Source of the DNA: Elusimicrobiota bacterium
Lineage (GTDB): Bacteria > Elusimicrobiota > Elusimicrobia > UBA1565 > UBA9628
NCBI GenBank assembly: GCA_016182905.1
Contig: JACPFR010000005.1
Span: forward strand, 12,185 to 76,184
Length of the DNA: 64,000 bases
Reading direction: 5' to 3'
The first letter of the stretch is position 1. Each line of letters opens with the position of its first letter. Positions 37,052 through 46,180 of the stretch are shown here, piece by piece. Under the pieces are notes generated by a model. That model saw only the letters and a program-made list of their open reading frames with translations, searched no databases and was not told the origin of the DNA. Made by a program: the position numbers and the translations under genes.

Positions 37052-37671
37052 GGGAGTTCCTGGCGTCGGCGCTGGCGTGGACCGCGGCCGCCGGTCCCCT
37101 GGGACAGGCGGCTTTCGTGGGGCTTTACGTCCTGGCCACCGTGGCCTTCCTGCCCGGCTCGGTGTTGACCTTGGGGGCGGGCGCGGCCTTCGGCCTTTGG
37201 AAGGGATTCATTTTGGTCTCGATCGGCTCGACCGTGGGGGCGAGCGCCGCGTTCCTGGTGGGGCGCTACCTGCTGCGGGACTGGGTTTCCCGTAAGCTGG
37301 AGAACGTCCCCGCGTTCGGCGCGATCGCAGGAGCCGTGGGCCAGGAGGGCTGGAAGGTCGTGCTTCTGACGCGCCTGTCGCCCGTGCTGCCGTTCAACCT
37401 GCTCAACTACGCCTACGGCCTGACCACGGTGGGCTTCGGGGAATACGTCCTGGCTTCTTGGCTCGGGATGATCCCGGGCACCTTCTTGTACGTCTACCTC
37501 GGCGCCGTCGCCGGCGAAGCCGCGCGGGGTGGCTCTCGCGCGCGCACGCCCGCCGAGTGGGCGCTGTACGCGGGGGGGCTGGCCGCCACCGCCGTCGCCG
37601 CCTGGCTGGTGGGCCGCACCGCCAAGCGCGCGCTGTCCGCCAAGACGGCGCCGAACGCAAAGGAGAAATGA
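37048..37671 (+). CDS. TVP38/TMEM64 (DedA/SNARE-associated) family membrane protein
   Basis: TM-rich. ATGA-coupled. Classic partner of mercuric-reductase-like oxidoreductases. Confidence 0.8.
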   Translation: MREFLASALAWTAAAGPLGQAAFVGLYVLATVAFLPGSVLTLGAGAAFGLWKGFILVSIGSTVGASAAFLVGRYLLRDWVSRKLENVPAFGAIAGAVGQEGWKVVLLTRLSPVLPFNLLNYAYGLTTVGFGEYVLASWLGMIPGTFLYVYLGAVAGEAARGGSRARTPAEWALYAGGLAATAVAAWLVGRTAKRALSAKTAPNAKEK

Positions 37672-39189
37672 ATGTCGAACGACCTGATCTCGCCCATGGA
37701 CGAGCACAACCGCAAGCTTCTGTCCAACGTCCATCCGCCGGACTGGGTCAACCCCGAGCCCGCGGGGCGCTACAATCTCGTCGTCATCGGAGGCGGGACG
37801 GCCGGGCTCGTCACCGCCGTCGGCGCGGCGGGCCTGGGCGCCAAGGTCGCCCTGATCGAGAAGCACCTGATGGGCGGCGACTGCCTCAACGTCGGGTGCG
37901 TGCCGTCGAAGGCCCTGATCTCCGCTTCGCGCGCCGCCGCCCGGGTCCGGAGCGCGGGAGAGTTCGGCGTCAAGGTTCCGGACGGCGTGACGGTGGATTT
38001 CCCGGCGGTGATGGAGCGCCTGCGTCGTCTGCGCGCGGACATCAGCAGGAACGACTCGGCGGCGCGCTTCAAGAGTCTCGGGGTCGACGTGTTCGTCGGC
38101 CAGGGCCGGTTCACGGGCTCGGACAGCGTCGAGGTCGGCGGCAAGACCTTGCGCTTCGCCAAAGCCGTGATCGCCACGGGCGCGCGCGCAGTGACCTTGC
38201 CCATCCCCGGTCTCAAGGAGTCCGGGGCGCTGACCAACGAGACGGTGTTCAACCTCACCGAACTGCCCAAGCGCCTGCTCGTCATCGGCGCCGGCCCCAT
38301 CGGCGTGGAGATGGCTCAGGCCTTCGCGCGCCTGGGCTCCCAGGTGACTTTGTTCGAGGCCCTGCACGGCATCCTCAACCGGGAGGACCAGGACGCCGCC
38401 GAGCTCGTGCGCAAGTCCCTCGACCGCGACAAGGTCGAGTTCCTGTGCTGCGTCGACATCGAGCGAGTCGAGCGCTCCGGCGCCGTGAGCACGGCGCATT
38501 TTAAGAGCAAACACGGGCCTTCCGGCACGAAGGAATTCGACGCGGTCCTCGTCGGCGTAGGGCGCGCGCCCAACGTCGAAGGCCTCGAGCTCGACGCGGT
38601 CGGCGTGGCCTTCGACAAGACCGGCGTCAAGGTCGACGATCAGCTGCGCACGACGAACCCGAACATCTACGCCGCGGGCGACATCTGCCTGGCGCCGAAG
38701 TTCACCCACACCGCCGATTTCGCGGCGCGCATCGTGATCCAGAACGCGCTGTTCATGGGGCGCAAGCGCTTCAGCGCGCTGACCATCCCCTGGTGCACCT
38801 ACACCGATCCCGAGATCGCCCACGTCGGCCTGTACGAGAAGGAGGCGCTGGCCAGGGGGCTCAAGGTCCGGACCTTCGTCCAGAAGCTCGACGAGGTGGA
38901 CCGCGCCATCCTCGACGGCGAATCCGAGGGGTTCGTGAAAGTCCATGTCGAGGACGGGACCGATAAGATCCTGGGCGCCACCATCGTCGCCTCTCACGCG
39001 GGCGACATGATCGGCGAGATCTCGGTGGCGATGAACAACGGCGTCGGGCTTTCCGGCATCGGGGCGACCATCCACCCGTACCCGACCCAGGCCGAGGCCG
39101 TGCGCAAGCTCGGCGACGCCTACAACCGCACGCGCCTGACGCCTTTCGCCAAGTCCGCGCTCGGCGCCTGGCTGCGATGGAGCCGGTAG
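37672..39189 (+). CDS. FAD-dependent pyridine nucleotide-disulfide oxidoreductase (mercuric reductase-like / dihydrolipoamide dehydrogenase family; not MerA)
   Basis: GGGTAG FAD motif. Redox-active CLNVGCVPSK. NAD motif GAGPIGVE. C-terminal dimerisation domain. Lacks the MerA C-terminal CC pair and the NmerA domain. Confidence 0.85.
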   Translation: MSNDLISPMDEHNRKLLSNVHPPDWVNPEPAGRYNLVVIGGGTAGLVTAVGAAGLGAKVALIEKHLMGGDCLNVGCVPSKALISASRAAARVRSAGEFGVKVPDGVTVDFPAVMERLRRLRADISRNDSAARFKSLGVDVFVGQGRFTGSDSVEVGGKTLRFAKAVIATGARAVTLPIPGLKESGALTNETVFNLTELPKRLLVIGAGPIGVEMAQAFARLGSQVTLFEALHGILNREDQDAAELVRKSLDRDKVEFLCCVDIERVERSGAVSTAHFKSKHGPSGTKEFDAVLVGVGRAPNVEGLELDAVGVAFDKTGVKVDDQLRTTNPNIYAAGDICLAPKFTHTADFAARIVIQNALFMGRKRFSALTIPWCTYTDPEIAHVGLYEKEALARGLKVRTFVQKLDEVDRAILDGESEGFVKVHVEDGTDKILGATIVASHAGDMIGEISVAMNNGVGLSGIGATIHPYPTQAEAVRKLGDAYNRTRLTPFAKSALGAWLRWSR

Positions 39190-39213
39190 GCCGGCGCCCG
39201 GGCAGGTGAGATC

Positions 39214-40077
39214 GTGAGCGGGCGGACGGCCTTCGTTTTCGCGGGGGGAGGGAGCCTCGGCGCGGTGCAGGTGGGGATGCTCAAGGCCCTGGCGCGGGCG
39301 GGGGTCGTGCCGGACTTGGTGGTGGGAGCGTCGGTCGGCGCGATCAACGGAGCCTTTTACGCCGGCGACCCGACGCCCGCCGGCGTCGAGCGCATCGAGC
39401 GCATCTGGCTCGGCCTGTCGCGGCGGGACGTGTTCCCGTTCCCCTTCGTCCAGGGCTGCCTCGGCCTGGCGGGCCGCTCGTCCCATGTCTCGGATCCCGG
39501 ACGCCTGCGCTCGATCCTGGAGCCTGAGCTGCCGTGCCGCAGGCTCGAGGAGTGCTCCGTGCCCTGCGCGGTCGTGACGACCGATCTCATGGACGGCTCC
39601 GAGCGCGTCTACCGGGAAGGCCCGGCGATGAACCTGCTGTTGGCCAGCGCGGCGATCCCGGCCGTCTTCCCGCCGGTCCTTCACGAGGGACGCTATCTCG
39701 GCGACGGGGGCTTGGCCAACAATGAGCCCGTCTCGACCGCCGTCGCTCTCGGCGCGACGAAGGTGATCGTGCTCTCGACCGGGTTCTCCTGCGCGCTGGC
39801 GCGGCCGCCCCTCGGCGCCGTCGCGACGGCGCTCCACGCTCTTAATCTTCTCGTCAATCGGCGCCTGGTCCGCGACCTGGAAGGAGCGGGGGCCGGCGTC
39901 GAGGTGGCCGTGGTGCCGCCACTGTGTCCGGTCGCGGTGACCCCGTTCGATTTTTCGGCGACCGCCGACCTGATCCGCCGGGCCGAAGCCTCGACGCGGC
40001 TGTGGCTTCGCCAGGGCGGGCAGTCCCGGCGGGGCATACCGGACGAGTCCATTCCGCACAGCCACGGCATCGCCTAA
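39214..40077 (+). CDS. Patatin-like phospholipase
   Basis: GGGSLG oxyanion motif. GASVG (GxSxG). Asp dyad DGG. GTG start. No signal peptide. Confidence 0.8.
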   Translation: MSGRTAFVFAGGGSLGAVQVGMLKALARAGVVPDLVVGASVGAINGAFYAGDPTPAGVERIERIWLGLSRRDVFPFPFVQGCLGLAGRSSHVSDPGRLRSILEPELPCRRLEECSVPCAVVTTDLMDGSERVYREGPAMNLLLASAAIPAVFPPVLHEGRYLGDGGLANNEPVSTAVALGATKVIVLSTGFSCALARPPLGAVATALHALNLLVNRRLVRDLEGAGAGVEVAVVPPLCPVAVTPFDFSATADLIRRAEASTRLWLRQGGQSRRGIPDESIPHSHGIA

Positions 40078-40112
40078 GGGCGCTCGGCCGGCGATTTGGT
40101 ATCTTGGCTCCC

Positions 40113-41381
40113 ATGGCCGCCGTCTTCGCCGCCCTGCTCTTTCTTCTCGTCCCGCCGCTGCGCGCGACGACGGTCTCGCGCATCGAGGTCGAAGGCGCGC
40201 GTACGCGGACGGAGACCATCCTCGCGCTGCTCGACACCCGGCCGGGCGAGCCGTTCGACCCGGCCGCGTGGGAGCGGGACCTGCGGCGCCTGCGCAACCT
40301 CGACTACTTCTACGACGTGGAGGGCGCGGCCGCCGAGTCCGACGGGAAGGTCGACCTGACGCTGCGGCTGCGCAACAAGCACTCCACCTTGCCGGTGTTC
40401 AAGTTCAAGCGCGGGGGAGGGTCTTCCCTCATCACCGCCGGGCTGTACGAAATCAACTTCCTCGACCGCCTGCTCGAGGTCGGCGGCCAGTACGAGCGGT
40501 TCAACGGCCAGCCCGGTTACGCGCTGTGGTTCCGCCATCCCTATTTCCTGTCGCGCCGCAACCGTCTCGGCACCGAGGTCCTTTCGCACATGATCGACCT
40601 TCCGCTGCTGACGGACAAGGGAGCGGAGGAGGCGTTCTTCTCGAACCAGGAGACGCGTTGGAACGGGCGGCTGCAGCGCGAGCTGACCGAGCGGCTCAGG
40701 CTCGGGTTGGAACTGTCCGTCTACCGCAACGAGTTCGCCCGCGACGACGCGACGCCCGCGATGGCCGCGGCCAACGACGCTTTCCTGCGCTCGAGGGGCC
40801 TTCGCTCGGGACGGACGGTCTCGCTGACGCCGAGCGTGACCGTCGGACGCCTCGACCGGGACCGCCACCACGTCGTCGGTCACGAGGGCTTCGCGCAGGC
40901 CGAGCTGGCCCATCGCGCCTTCGGCTCGGACTTCGGCTTCGCCAAAGGTCTCCTGGGCGCCGCGGGGGGGTGGAGGCCGGCGGAGCGCTGGAACCTCGTC
41001 TACCAAGCCCGTCTCGGCAGCAAGACGGGCCGGGAGTTCCAGCATAAGTTCTACCTCGGCGGGCTGGACACCGCCCGGGGCTTCCTGGACAGGCAGTTCC
41101 GCGGCGAGCACATGTGGCTGGCCAACCTGGAGGCCCGCCCGACTCTCGTGGACAAGCCGCTGTGGGTGCTGCAGGGCGCGCTGTTCACGGACCTGGCCAA
41201 GACCTGGGACGCCCGAAATTTCGGGACGGAAGGCTTCGGCGACCCGATCTTCAGCTACGGGATCGGGGCGCGGGTGATCTTCCCGCGCGTCTACCGGGCG
41301 ATCCTGCGCCTGGACGCGGCGCGCACCCAGCGGCCGGTCCGGCAGACGGGCGTGAGCCTAGGCCTGCAGCAGTTCTTCTAG
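40113..41381 (+). CDS. Omp85/BamA-family outer-membrane protein (POTRA + surface antigen barrel)
   Basis: Signal peptide MAAVFAALLFLLVPPLRA. C-terminal ...LGLQQFF aromatic terminus. Confidence 0.75.
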   Translation: MAAVFAALLFLLVPPLRATTVSRIEVEGARTRTETILALLDTRPGEPFDPAAWERDLRRLRNLDYFYDVEGAAAESDGKVDLTLRLRNKHSTLPVFKFKRGGGSSLITAGLYEINFLDRLLEVGGQYERFNGQPGYALWFRHPYFLSRRNRLGTEVLSHMIDLPLLTDKGAEEAFFSNQETRWNGRLQRELTERLRLGLELSVYRNEFARDDATPAMAAANDAFLRSRGLRSGRTVSLTPSVTVGRLDRDRHHVVGHEGFAQAELAHRAFGSDFGFAKGLLGAAGGWRPAERWNLVYQARLGSKTGREFQHKFYLGGLDTARGFLDRQFRGEHMWLANLEARPTLVDKPLWVLQGALFTDLAKTWDARNFGTEGFGDPIFSYGIGARVIFPRVYRAILRLDAARTQRPVRQTGVSLGLQQFF

Positions 41382-42358
41382 GCCGGGACGGCGTGGCCTT
41401 TGCGGGCCTTGATCTCGTTGGTGATGAGGGGGAGGAGCTCGGCGTACTCGCCCTGGACGGAGATCGAGGCCATCTGCATCAGCGGGCAGTCCTTGTCCGT
41501 GTTGATGGCGATAATGGTCCCGGAGGAGGCCATGCCCGCCAGGTGCTGGATCTGGCCGGAGATGCCGATCGCCACGTACAGCTTCGGGCGGACGGTGCGG
41601 CCGGTCAGGCCGACTTGATGCTTGTAGGGAATCCAGCCCGAGTCCACCGCGCGGCGGCTCGCGCCGACGGCGGCGCCGAGGGCGTGGGCCAGGTCGAAGA
41701 GGGGCTTGAAGCCCTCGGCGGAGCCGAGGCCGAAGCCGCCGGCGACGACCTTCTCGGCGGCGCCGAGGTCGATCTCCCGGGAGGTCTCTCCCTGGAAGGA
41801 GACGAACTCGGTCTTGGGCGCGCCCGGGTCGAAGGCGACGGCCTCGACGGGGGCGGCGGCGCCCGCGGTCTCGGCGCGGGGGAAGGTCATCGGGGCGACG
41901 GTCAGCACGCCGACGGGCGTCTTGAACTCGACCTCGGCGATGAGGTTTCCGCCGTAGTAGCCGCGGCGGACTCGGCCGTCCGAGAGGATCTCGGTGACGT
42001 CGGTCGCCAGCCCGGCCTTGAGATGGACCGCCAGGCGCGCGGCGAGCGCGCGGCCCGCGATCGTGGAGGGCAGGATGACGCGCGCGGCGCCGGACTTCTC
42101 CGCGGCGGCGGCGGCGGCCTTCGCGTAGGCCTCCTCGGTGAAGTCCTTGAGCGAGGCGTGCTCCACGGTGAACGCCTTGGCGACGCCGCGCGAGGCGACG
42201 TCGCCCGCGAGGGCGGCGGCGTTGCCGCCGACGACGGCGGCCAGCAGCGGCTGCTTGAGCGCGTCGGCCAGGACCTTGCCGGCGCCGAGGAGCTCGTACG
42301 AGGACGGCGACAGCGTTCCCCGCGAGGGGATGACGACGACGAGGATTCCGTTGGCCAT
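41378..42358 (-). CDS. etfA: Electron transfer flavoprotein alpha subunit
   Basis: FAD-binding C-terminal motifs VAIGISGQIQHLAGM and IIAINTDKDCPL. Confidence 0.9.
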   Translation of the reverse strand: MANGILVVVIPSRGTLSPSSYELLGAGKVLADALKQPLLAAVVGGNAAALAGDVASRGVAKAFTVEHASLKDFTEEAYAKAAAAAAEKSGAARVILPSTIAGRALAARLAVHLKAGLATDVTEILSDGRVRRGYYGGNLIAEVEFKTPVGVLTVAPMTFPRAETAGAAAPVEAVAFDPGAPKTEFVSFQGETSREIDLGAAEKVVAGGFGLGSAEGFKPLFDLAHALGAAVGASRRAVDSGWIPYKHQVGLTGRTVRPKLYVAIGISGQIQHLAGMASSGTIIAINTDKDCPLMQMASISVQGEYAELLPLITNEIKARKGHAVPA

Positions 42359-42359
42359 G

Positions 42360-43163
42360 TTAGATGAGCTTCCTTTCGACGAGGATGTCGACGAGTTTGG
42401 CCGCTTTCTCGGCGGCCGTGGCGCCTTCCACCTTGAGCCCGGCGGGGCGGGCGGGGGGAAGGGCGGCTTTGACGACGACGGAGCCGGCGCCCGCGGCGCC
42501 GACCTGCGCGGGCTGCAGGCCGAGGTCGGCCGCCGTCCACTTGGGGAACACGGCCTTCTTCGAGGCCATCTTGCCCTTGAGCGAAGGCAGGCGCGGCTCG
42601 TTGATCTCCTTAATCGTGGAGACGCAGGCGGGAAGCGAGAGCTTCACGGTGTCGACGCCGTCCTCCATGTTGCGCAGGACGGTGACGGACTTGTCGTCGA
42701 CGGCCTCGATCTTCTTGACGGCCGAGACGCTGGCCCAGTCGAGCCACGCGGCGGTCTGGGTGCCGACGACGCCGGCGCCCGCGTCGGAGGTGTTCTTTCC
42801 GAAGAGGACGATGGAGACGGGCTTCTCGGCGTGCAGCTTCTTGAGCGCGGCGGACAGCGCCAGGCTGGTCGCGTAGGAGTCTCCGCCCTCGAACTCGGGG
42901 CCGGTGACGAGCGCGCCGGCGTCCACGCCGCGGGCGATGGCCTCGCGGAGGACCTCGGCGGCGGCGTCGGGGCCGACGGTGAGCGCGGTCGCGGTCGAGC
43001 CGGGCGCGCCCTCCTTGAGGCGGACGGCGGCCTCGACGGCGAACTCGTCGAACGGGTTCAGCGCGGTCGGGACGCCGGCGATCTTCGGCCGGCCTTCGGC
43101 GTCGACGCCGACGTTGACGGTGGAAGGGGTGCTCTTGACGCAGACGACGATGTTGAGTGCCAT
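42360..43163 (-). CDS. etfB: Electron transfer flavoprotein beta subunit
   Basis: Start MALNIVVCVK. EtfB signature. Confidence 0.85.
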   Translation of the reverse strand: MALNIVVCVKSTPSTVNVGVDAEGRPKIAGVPTALNPFDEFAVEAAVRLKEGAPGSTATALTVGPDAAAEVLREAIARGVDAGALVTGPEFEGGDSYATSLALSAALKKLHAEKPVSIVLFGKNTSDAGAGVVGTQTAAWLDWASVSAVKKIEAVDDKSVTVLRNMEDGVDTVKLSLPACVSTIKEINEPRLPSLKGKMASKKAVFPKWTAADLGLQPAQVGAAGAGSVVVKAALPPARPAGLKVEGATAAEKAAKLVDILVERKLI

Positions 43164-43200
43164 GGTTTTTCGAGCATAGCAAATTGGCATAATCGGTCAA

Positions 43201-44313
43201 ATGGCGAACCACAAGGAGCTCAAGCTTCCCACCCGCTTCGGGAAAAAGACCCCCGGCGCCGCTCCCGGCGTGTACCCGGACCAGGTCGGGAAGCTGGCCC
43301 CGGCCAAGCCCGCTGCGCCGGTCAAGGTCACGGTCATCGACTACTCGCCCGAGCAGGTCGAGATGCGCGGCGCGCTCGACTTCGACGATTTCCTCGCCTC
43401 GCACCGCCCGGCGTGGACGACGGTGCGCTGGATCAACATCGACGGCCTCGCGAGCCCCAAGGCGATCGAGGCCTTGGCCAAGAAGTACGAGCTGCATCCG
43501 CTCGCCGTCGAGGACCTGCTCAACACGGGCACGCGCCCCAAGGCCGACGCCTACGGCGGCGACCCCGAGGTCGCGGCGCGGCTGTTCATCGTCGCGCGCA
43601 TGATCGAGCTCAAGGGCGAGCGCCTCGACAGCGAGCAGATCTCGATCTTCCTCGGCCACAAGACCGTGCTCACCTTCCAGGAGACGCCGGGCGACATATG
43701 GGACCCGATCCGCTCGCGGATAAACGCCAGGGGCTCGAGACTAAGGACCGCCGACGCGTCCTTCCTCGTGTACACCTTGCTCGACGCGATCGTCGACCAC
43801 ATCTTCCCGGTGCTCGAGCACTACGGCGACCTTCTCGAGGAGCTCGAGGCGCGCGTGCTCGAGGGCAGCCAGGCGAAGATCCTGCGGGACATCCACGCCC
43901 TGAAGCGGGAGCTGCTTCTGCTGCGGCGGGCGCTGTGGCCGATGCGCGACGTGGTCCACCAACTGCAGAGCGAGCGCCACGAGTGCCTCAGCGAGACCAC
44001 CCGCACCTACATGACCGACCTGTACGACCACGTCGTCCAGGCGATGGACATCCTCGAGACCTACCGTGAGATCGTCGCCGGCCTCGCCGAGACCCACCTG
44101 TCGGCGGTCAACAACCGCCTCAACGAGGTCATGAAGGTGCTGACCGTGATCTCGGTCGTCTTCATCCCGCTGAACTTCATGGCCGGCGTGTTCGGCATGA
44201 ACTTCGAGAACTTCCCCTGGAAGGCGCCGCACGCCTTCGAGATCTTCGCGATCTCCTGCCTCGCGATCATCTTCGCGATGGTCGGCTGGTTCCGCCGCCG
44301 CGACTGGATATAG
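43201..44313 (+). CDS. corA: Magnesium/cobalt transporter CorA
   Basis: GMNFENFPW (GMN motif) followed by two C-terminal TM helices. Confidence 0.9.
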   Translation: MANHKELKLPTRFGKKTPGAAPGVYPDQVGKLAPAKPAAPVKVTVIDYSPEQVEMRGALDFDDFLASHRPAWTTVRWINIDGLASPKAIEALAKKYELHPLAVEDLLNTGTRPKADAYGGDPEVAARLFIVARMIELKGERLDSEQISIFLGHKTVLTFQETPGDIWDPIRSRINARGSRLRTADASFLVYTLLDAIVDHIFPVLEHYGDLLEELEARVLEGSQAKILRDIHALKRELLLLRRALWPMRDVVHQLQSERHECLSETTRTYMTDLYDHVVQAMDILETYREIVAGLAETHLSAVNNRLNEVMKVLTVISVVFIPLNFMAGVFGMNFENFPWKAPHAFEIFAISCLAIIFAMVGWFRRRDWI

Positions 44314-44327
44314 TTATAAAAGAAAAA

Positions 44328-44393
44328 CCACTCGCCCTCCAGCTCGGCTGATTTTCAGCCGTCGGGTTCCGGAAAAGAGATCCGGAGGGCGAG
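44328..44393 (+). terminator. Large GC-rich nested hairpin (CCACTCGCCCTCC ... GGAGGGCGAGTGG) between corA and tRNA-Tyr
   Basis: 13-bp perfect inverted repeat with internal sub-hairpins. Preceded by an A-rich tract. Likely a bidirectional terminator. Confidence 0.6.
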
Positions 44394-44479
44394 TGGTGGT
44401 AGGGACAGGATTCGAACCTGTGTAGGCTATTGCCGCCGGTTTTACAGACCGGTGCTTTTGACCGCTCAGCCACCCTACC
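44394..44479 (-). tRNA. tRNA-Tyr: tRNA-Tyr (anticodon GTA), class II with long variable arm, encoded CCA
   Basis: Reverse complement folds as GGTAGGG acceptor, D-arm GCTGAGCGGTCAAAAGC, anticodon loop CTGTAAA, long variable arm, T-arm GGTTCGAATCC, CCCTACC-A-CCA. Confidence 0.85.
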
Positions 44480-44713
44480 GTTAAAACTAAACGCTTATCT
44501 TTGCTGCGTCTCTTGGCGTCCCGATTTTTCGGGAGTCCGAATTAACCGGATTTTTTGTCGAGATGTCTGTCGAGATTTTCTATCGAGCCGCTTGCTGAGA
44601 CGCCGCTGTTTCGGACGACTTCCGTCTGCTAATCACTGACAATCGCCATTTCCAGGCGCGTTTCAGCGGAACGGGTACATTATGCCAGTTTTCCGCTCGA
44701 TTCGAACAACCTT

Positions 44714-45223
44714 TCACCGTCCAGGCGCGGCGCTCGCCTTTCTCGGGACGGACGCGGCCGGCGCCGCCGGCTTGCGGCCGTTCGGAGTCATCGCTTCAAG
44801 GCGCCAGCGGACCTCGCGCTTGCCGAGCTTGCGGACCGCGATCAAGGCCGCGCGGGCCTTGTCGCGCGGCTTGGAGCGGCCGCCTTCCCATGCCAGCACC
44901 GCGCCCGCGCTGGCGCCGACGAGCTTGCCGAAGGCTTCGCGGGAGAGCCCGAGCCGCGCTCGCTGCGCGCGGATGAGGCTCGGGCCCAGGTGGGCGTGCT
45001 CGAGTTCCTTGCCGGAGGCGACCGCGGGCGCCGCCATCCGCTCTTTGTAGTCCATCAACAGCTTGGCGTTGTCCCGCCGCAGCTGCTCGGCGCTTCGCGT
45101 CAGCTCCGCGACCTTGCGTTTGAGGAACACCACGTCCTTGCGGAGTTTGGCGTCCGCTTGGCGCGAGACGCGGCGCGCCAGCCGCTGGATCTCGTCTTTA
45201 AGGATTACACCGATGTTGGGCAT
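44714..45223 (-). CDS. HTH (XRE-like) domain protein with N-terminal coiled-coil
   Basis: GGAGG RBS. LSREAFGKLVGASAGAVLAWEGGRSKP HTH. Confidence 0.55.
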   Translation of the reverse strand: MPNIGVILKDEIQRLARRVSRQADAKLRKDVVFLKRKVAELTRSAEQLRRDNAKLLMDYKERMAAPAVASGKELEHAHLGPSLIRAQRARLGLSREAFGKLVGASAGAVLAWEGGRSKPRDKARAALIAVRKLGKREVRWRLEAMTPNGRKPAAPAASVPRKASAAPGR

Positions 45224-45734
45224 GGGAACCTCCTGCAGGCGTTACTCGGTCAAGAGCCGATGGACATAATCGACCATCAGCTTCTGACGGCGTTCGCGAA
45301 ATTTTGGAACCAGGATTTCTCGGACGCGCTTTGCTTTCCGCATTTGCCTGATTGTCTCATTTTTATCTGTCCGGGATCGAACCCCCCCGGGTCAGATGGT
45401 TCTATGACGGCTTGTTGCCCAGCGTCGCTACGAGAGGCGGGAGGCCGCGGCTCTCGTCCTGCCCTGGGGGCGGACGGCCCCCAAAACAGTGGCGGACATT
45501 GGTCCGAGACGGTGGCGGTCATCGTCCGAAAAACGCACTTATAAACTTCACAGGATTAGGGTCTAAGTTCACCGCGCGCTCGCGCAAACGTGAATGTCAA
45601 GAATTAGAAATGAAGGCCAAGGCTCCGGCTCAGCGCGAACTTTCCGCACCGACGGGAGCCCCGTGGCAGAGGGCGGATGGAGTAATGGGCTTCCTGAAAG
45701 GCCTGGAGGATGAGGCCGGGAATGCTGCCGGGGC

Positions 45735-45766
45735 TTGACTCTATACCTAGGTATAGGGTGTAAAAT
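45735..45766 (+). promoter_or_regulatory. MerR-type promoter/operator: -35 TTGACT, 20-bp spacer with perfect palindrome CTATACCTAGGTATAG, -10 TAAAAT
   Basis: Read directly from the sequence upstream of merR2. Same architecture as the merR1 promoter. Confidence 0.7.
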
Positions 45767-45772
45767 AGAATC

Positions 45773-46180
45773 ATGATCAAAGAGGCGACGATCGGGACGC
45801 TCGCCAAGGCGGCGGGCGTCAACATCCAGACGGTGCGCTACTACGAGCGGCGGCGGCTGTTGACGCCGGCGCTGCGGCGCGAGTCCGGCTATCGCGTCTA
45901 TCGCGAGGACGCTCTGCAGAAGCTGCGCTTCATCAAGAACGCGCAGGAGCTTGGATTTTCCCTCGAAGAGATTCGCTCGCTGCTGCAGCTGCGCAGCGGC
46001 GGACCGGCGTCCTGCGAAAGGGTCCAGAAGAAGGCCGCCGAGCATGCTCGCGATGTCAGAGCGCGCATCGAACGGCTGCGCGCGATGGAGCGGGTACTCT
46101 CGCAACTCGTCAGGACCTGCCAGAAACGCGGCCGGACGGATGAGTGCCCTATCCTTCGCAGCCTGGAGGCCAAGAAATGA
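45773..46180 (+). CDS. merR: Hg(II)-type MerR family regulator (second copy)
   Basis: Cys81/Cys116/Cys125. HTH IGTLAKAAGVNIQTVRYYERRRLL. Confidence 0.85.
   Translation: MIKEATIGTLAKAAGVNIQTVRYYERRRLLTPALRRESGYRVYREDALQKLRFIKNAQELGFSLEEIRSLLQLRSGGPASCERVQKKAAEHARDVRARIERLRAMERVLSQLVRTCQKRGRTDECPILRSLEAKK

Noticed and set aside
37672-39189. Considered calling the FAD oxidoreductase MerA
   Set aside because: Lacks the NmerA HMA domain and the C-terminal Cys-Cys pair required for Hg(II) reduction. Only the generic CxxxxC disulfide centre is present.
36898-40065. 1,055-aa minus-strand ORF
   Set aside because: Spans the antisense of four well-supported + strand genes (TVP38, FAD oxidoreductase, patatin, Omp85). 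Low-complexity Arg/Gly/Asp translation.
42138-44069. 643-aa + strand ORF and the 42610..43659 minus ORF
   Set aside because: Overlap etfB/corA in the wrong frame or strand. Low-complexity translations. The etfB and corA calls have clear family motifs.
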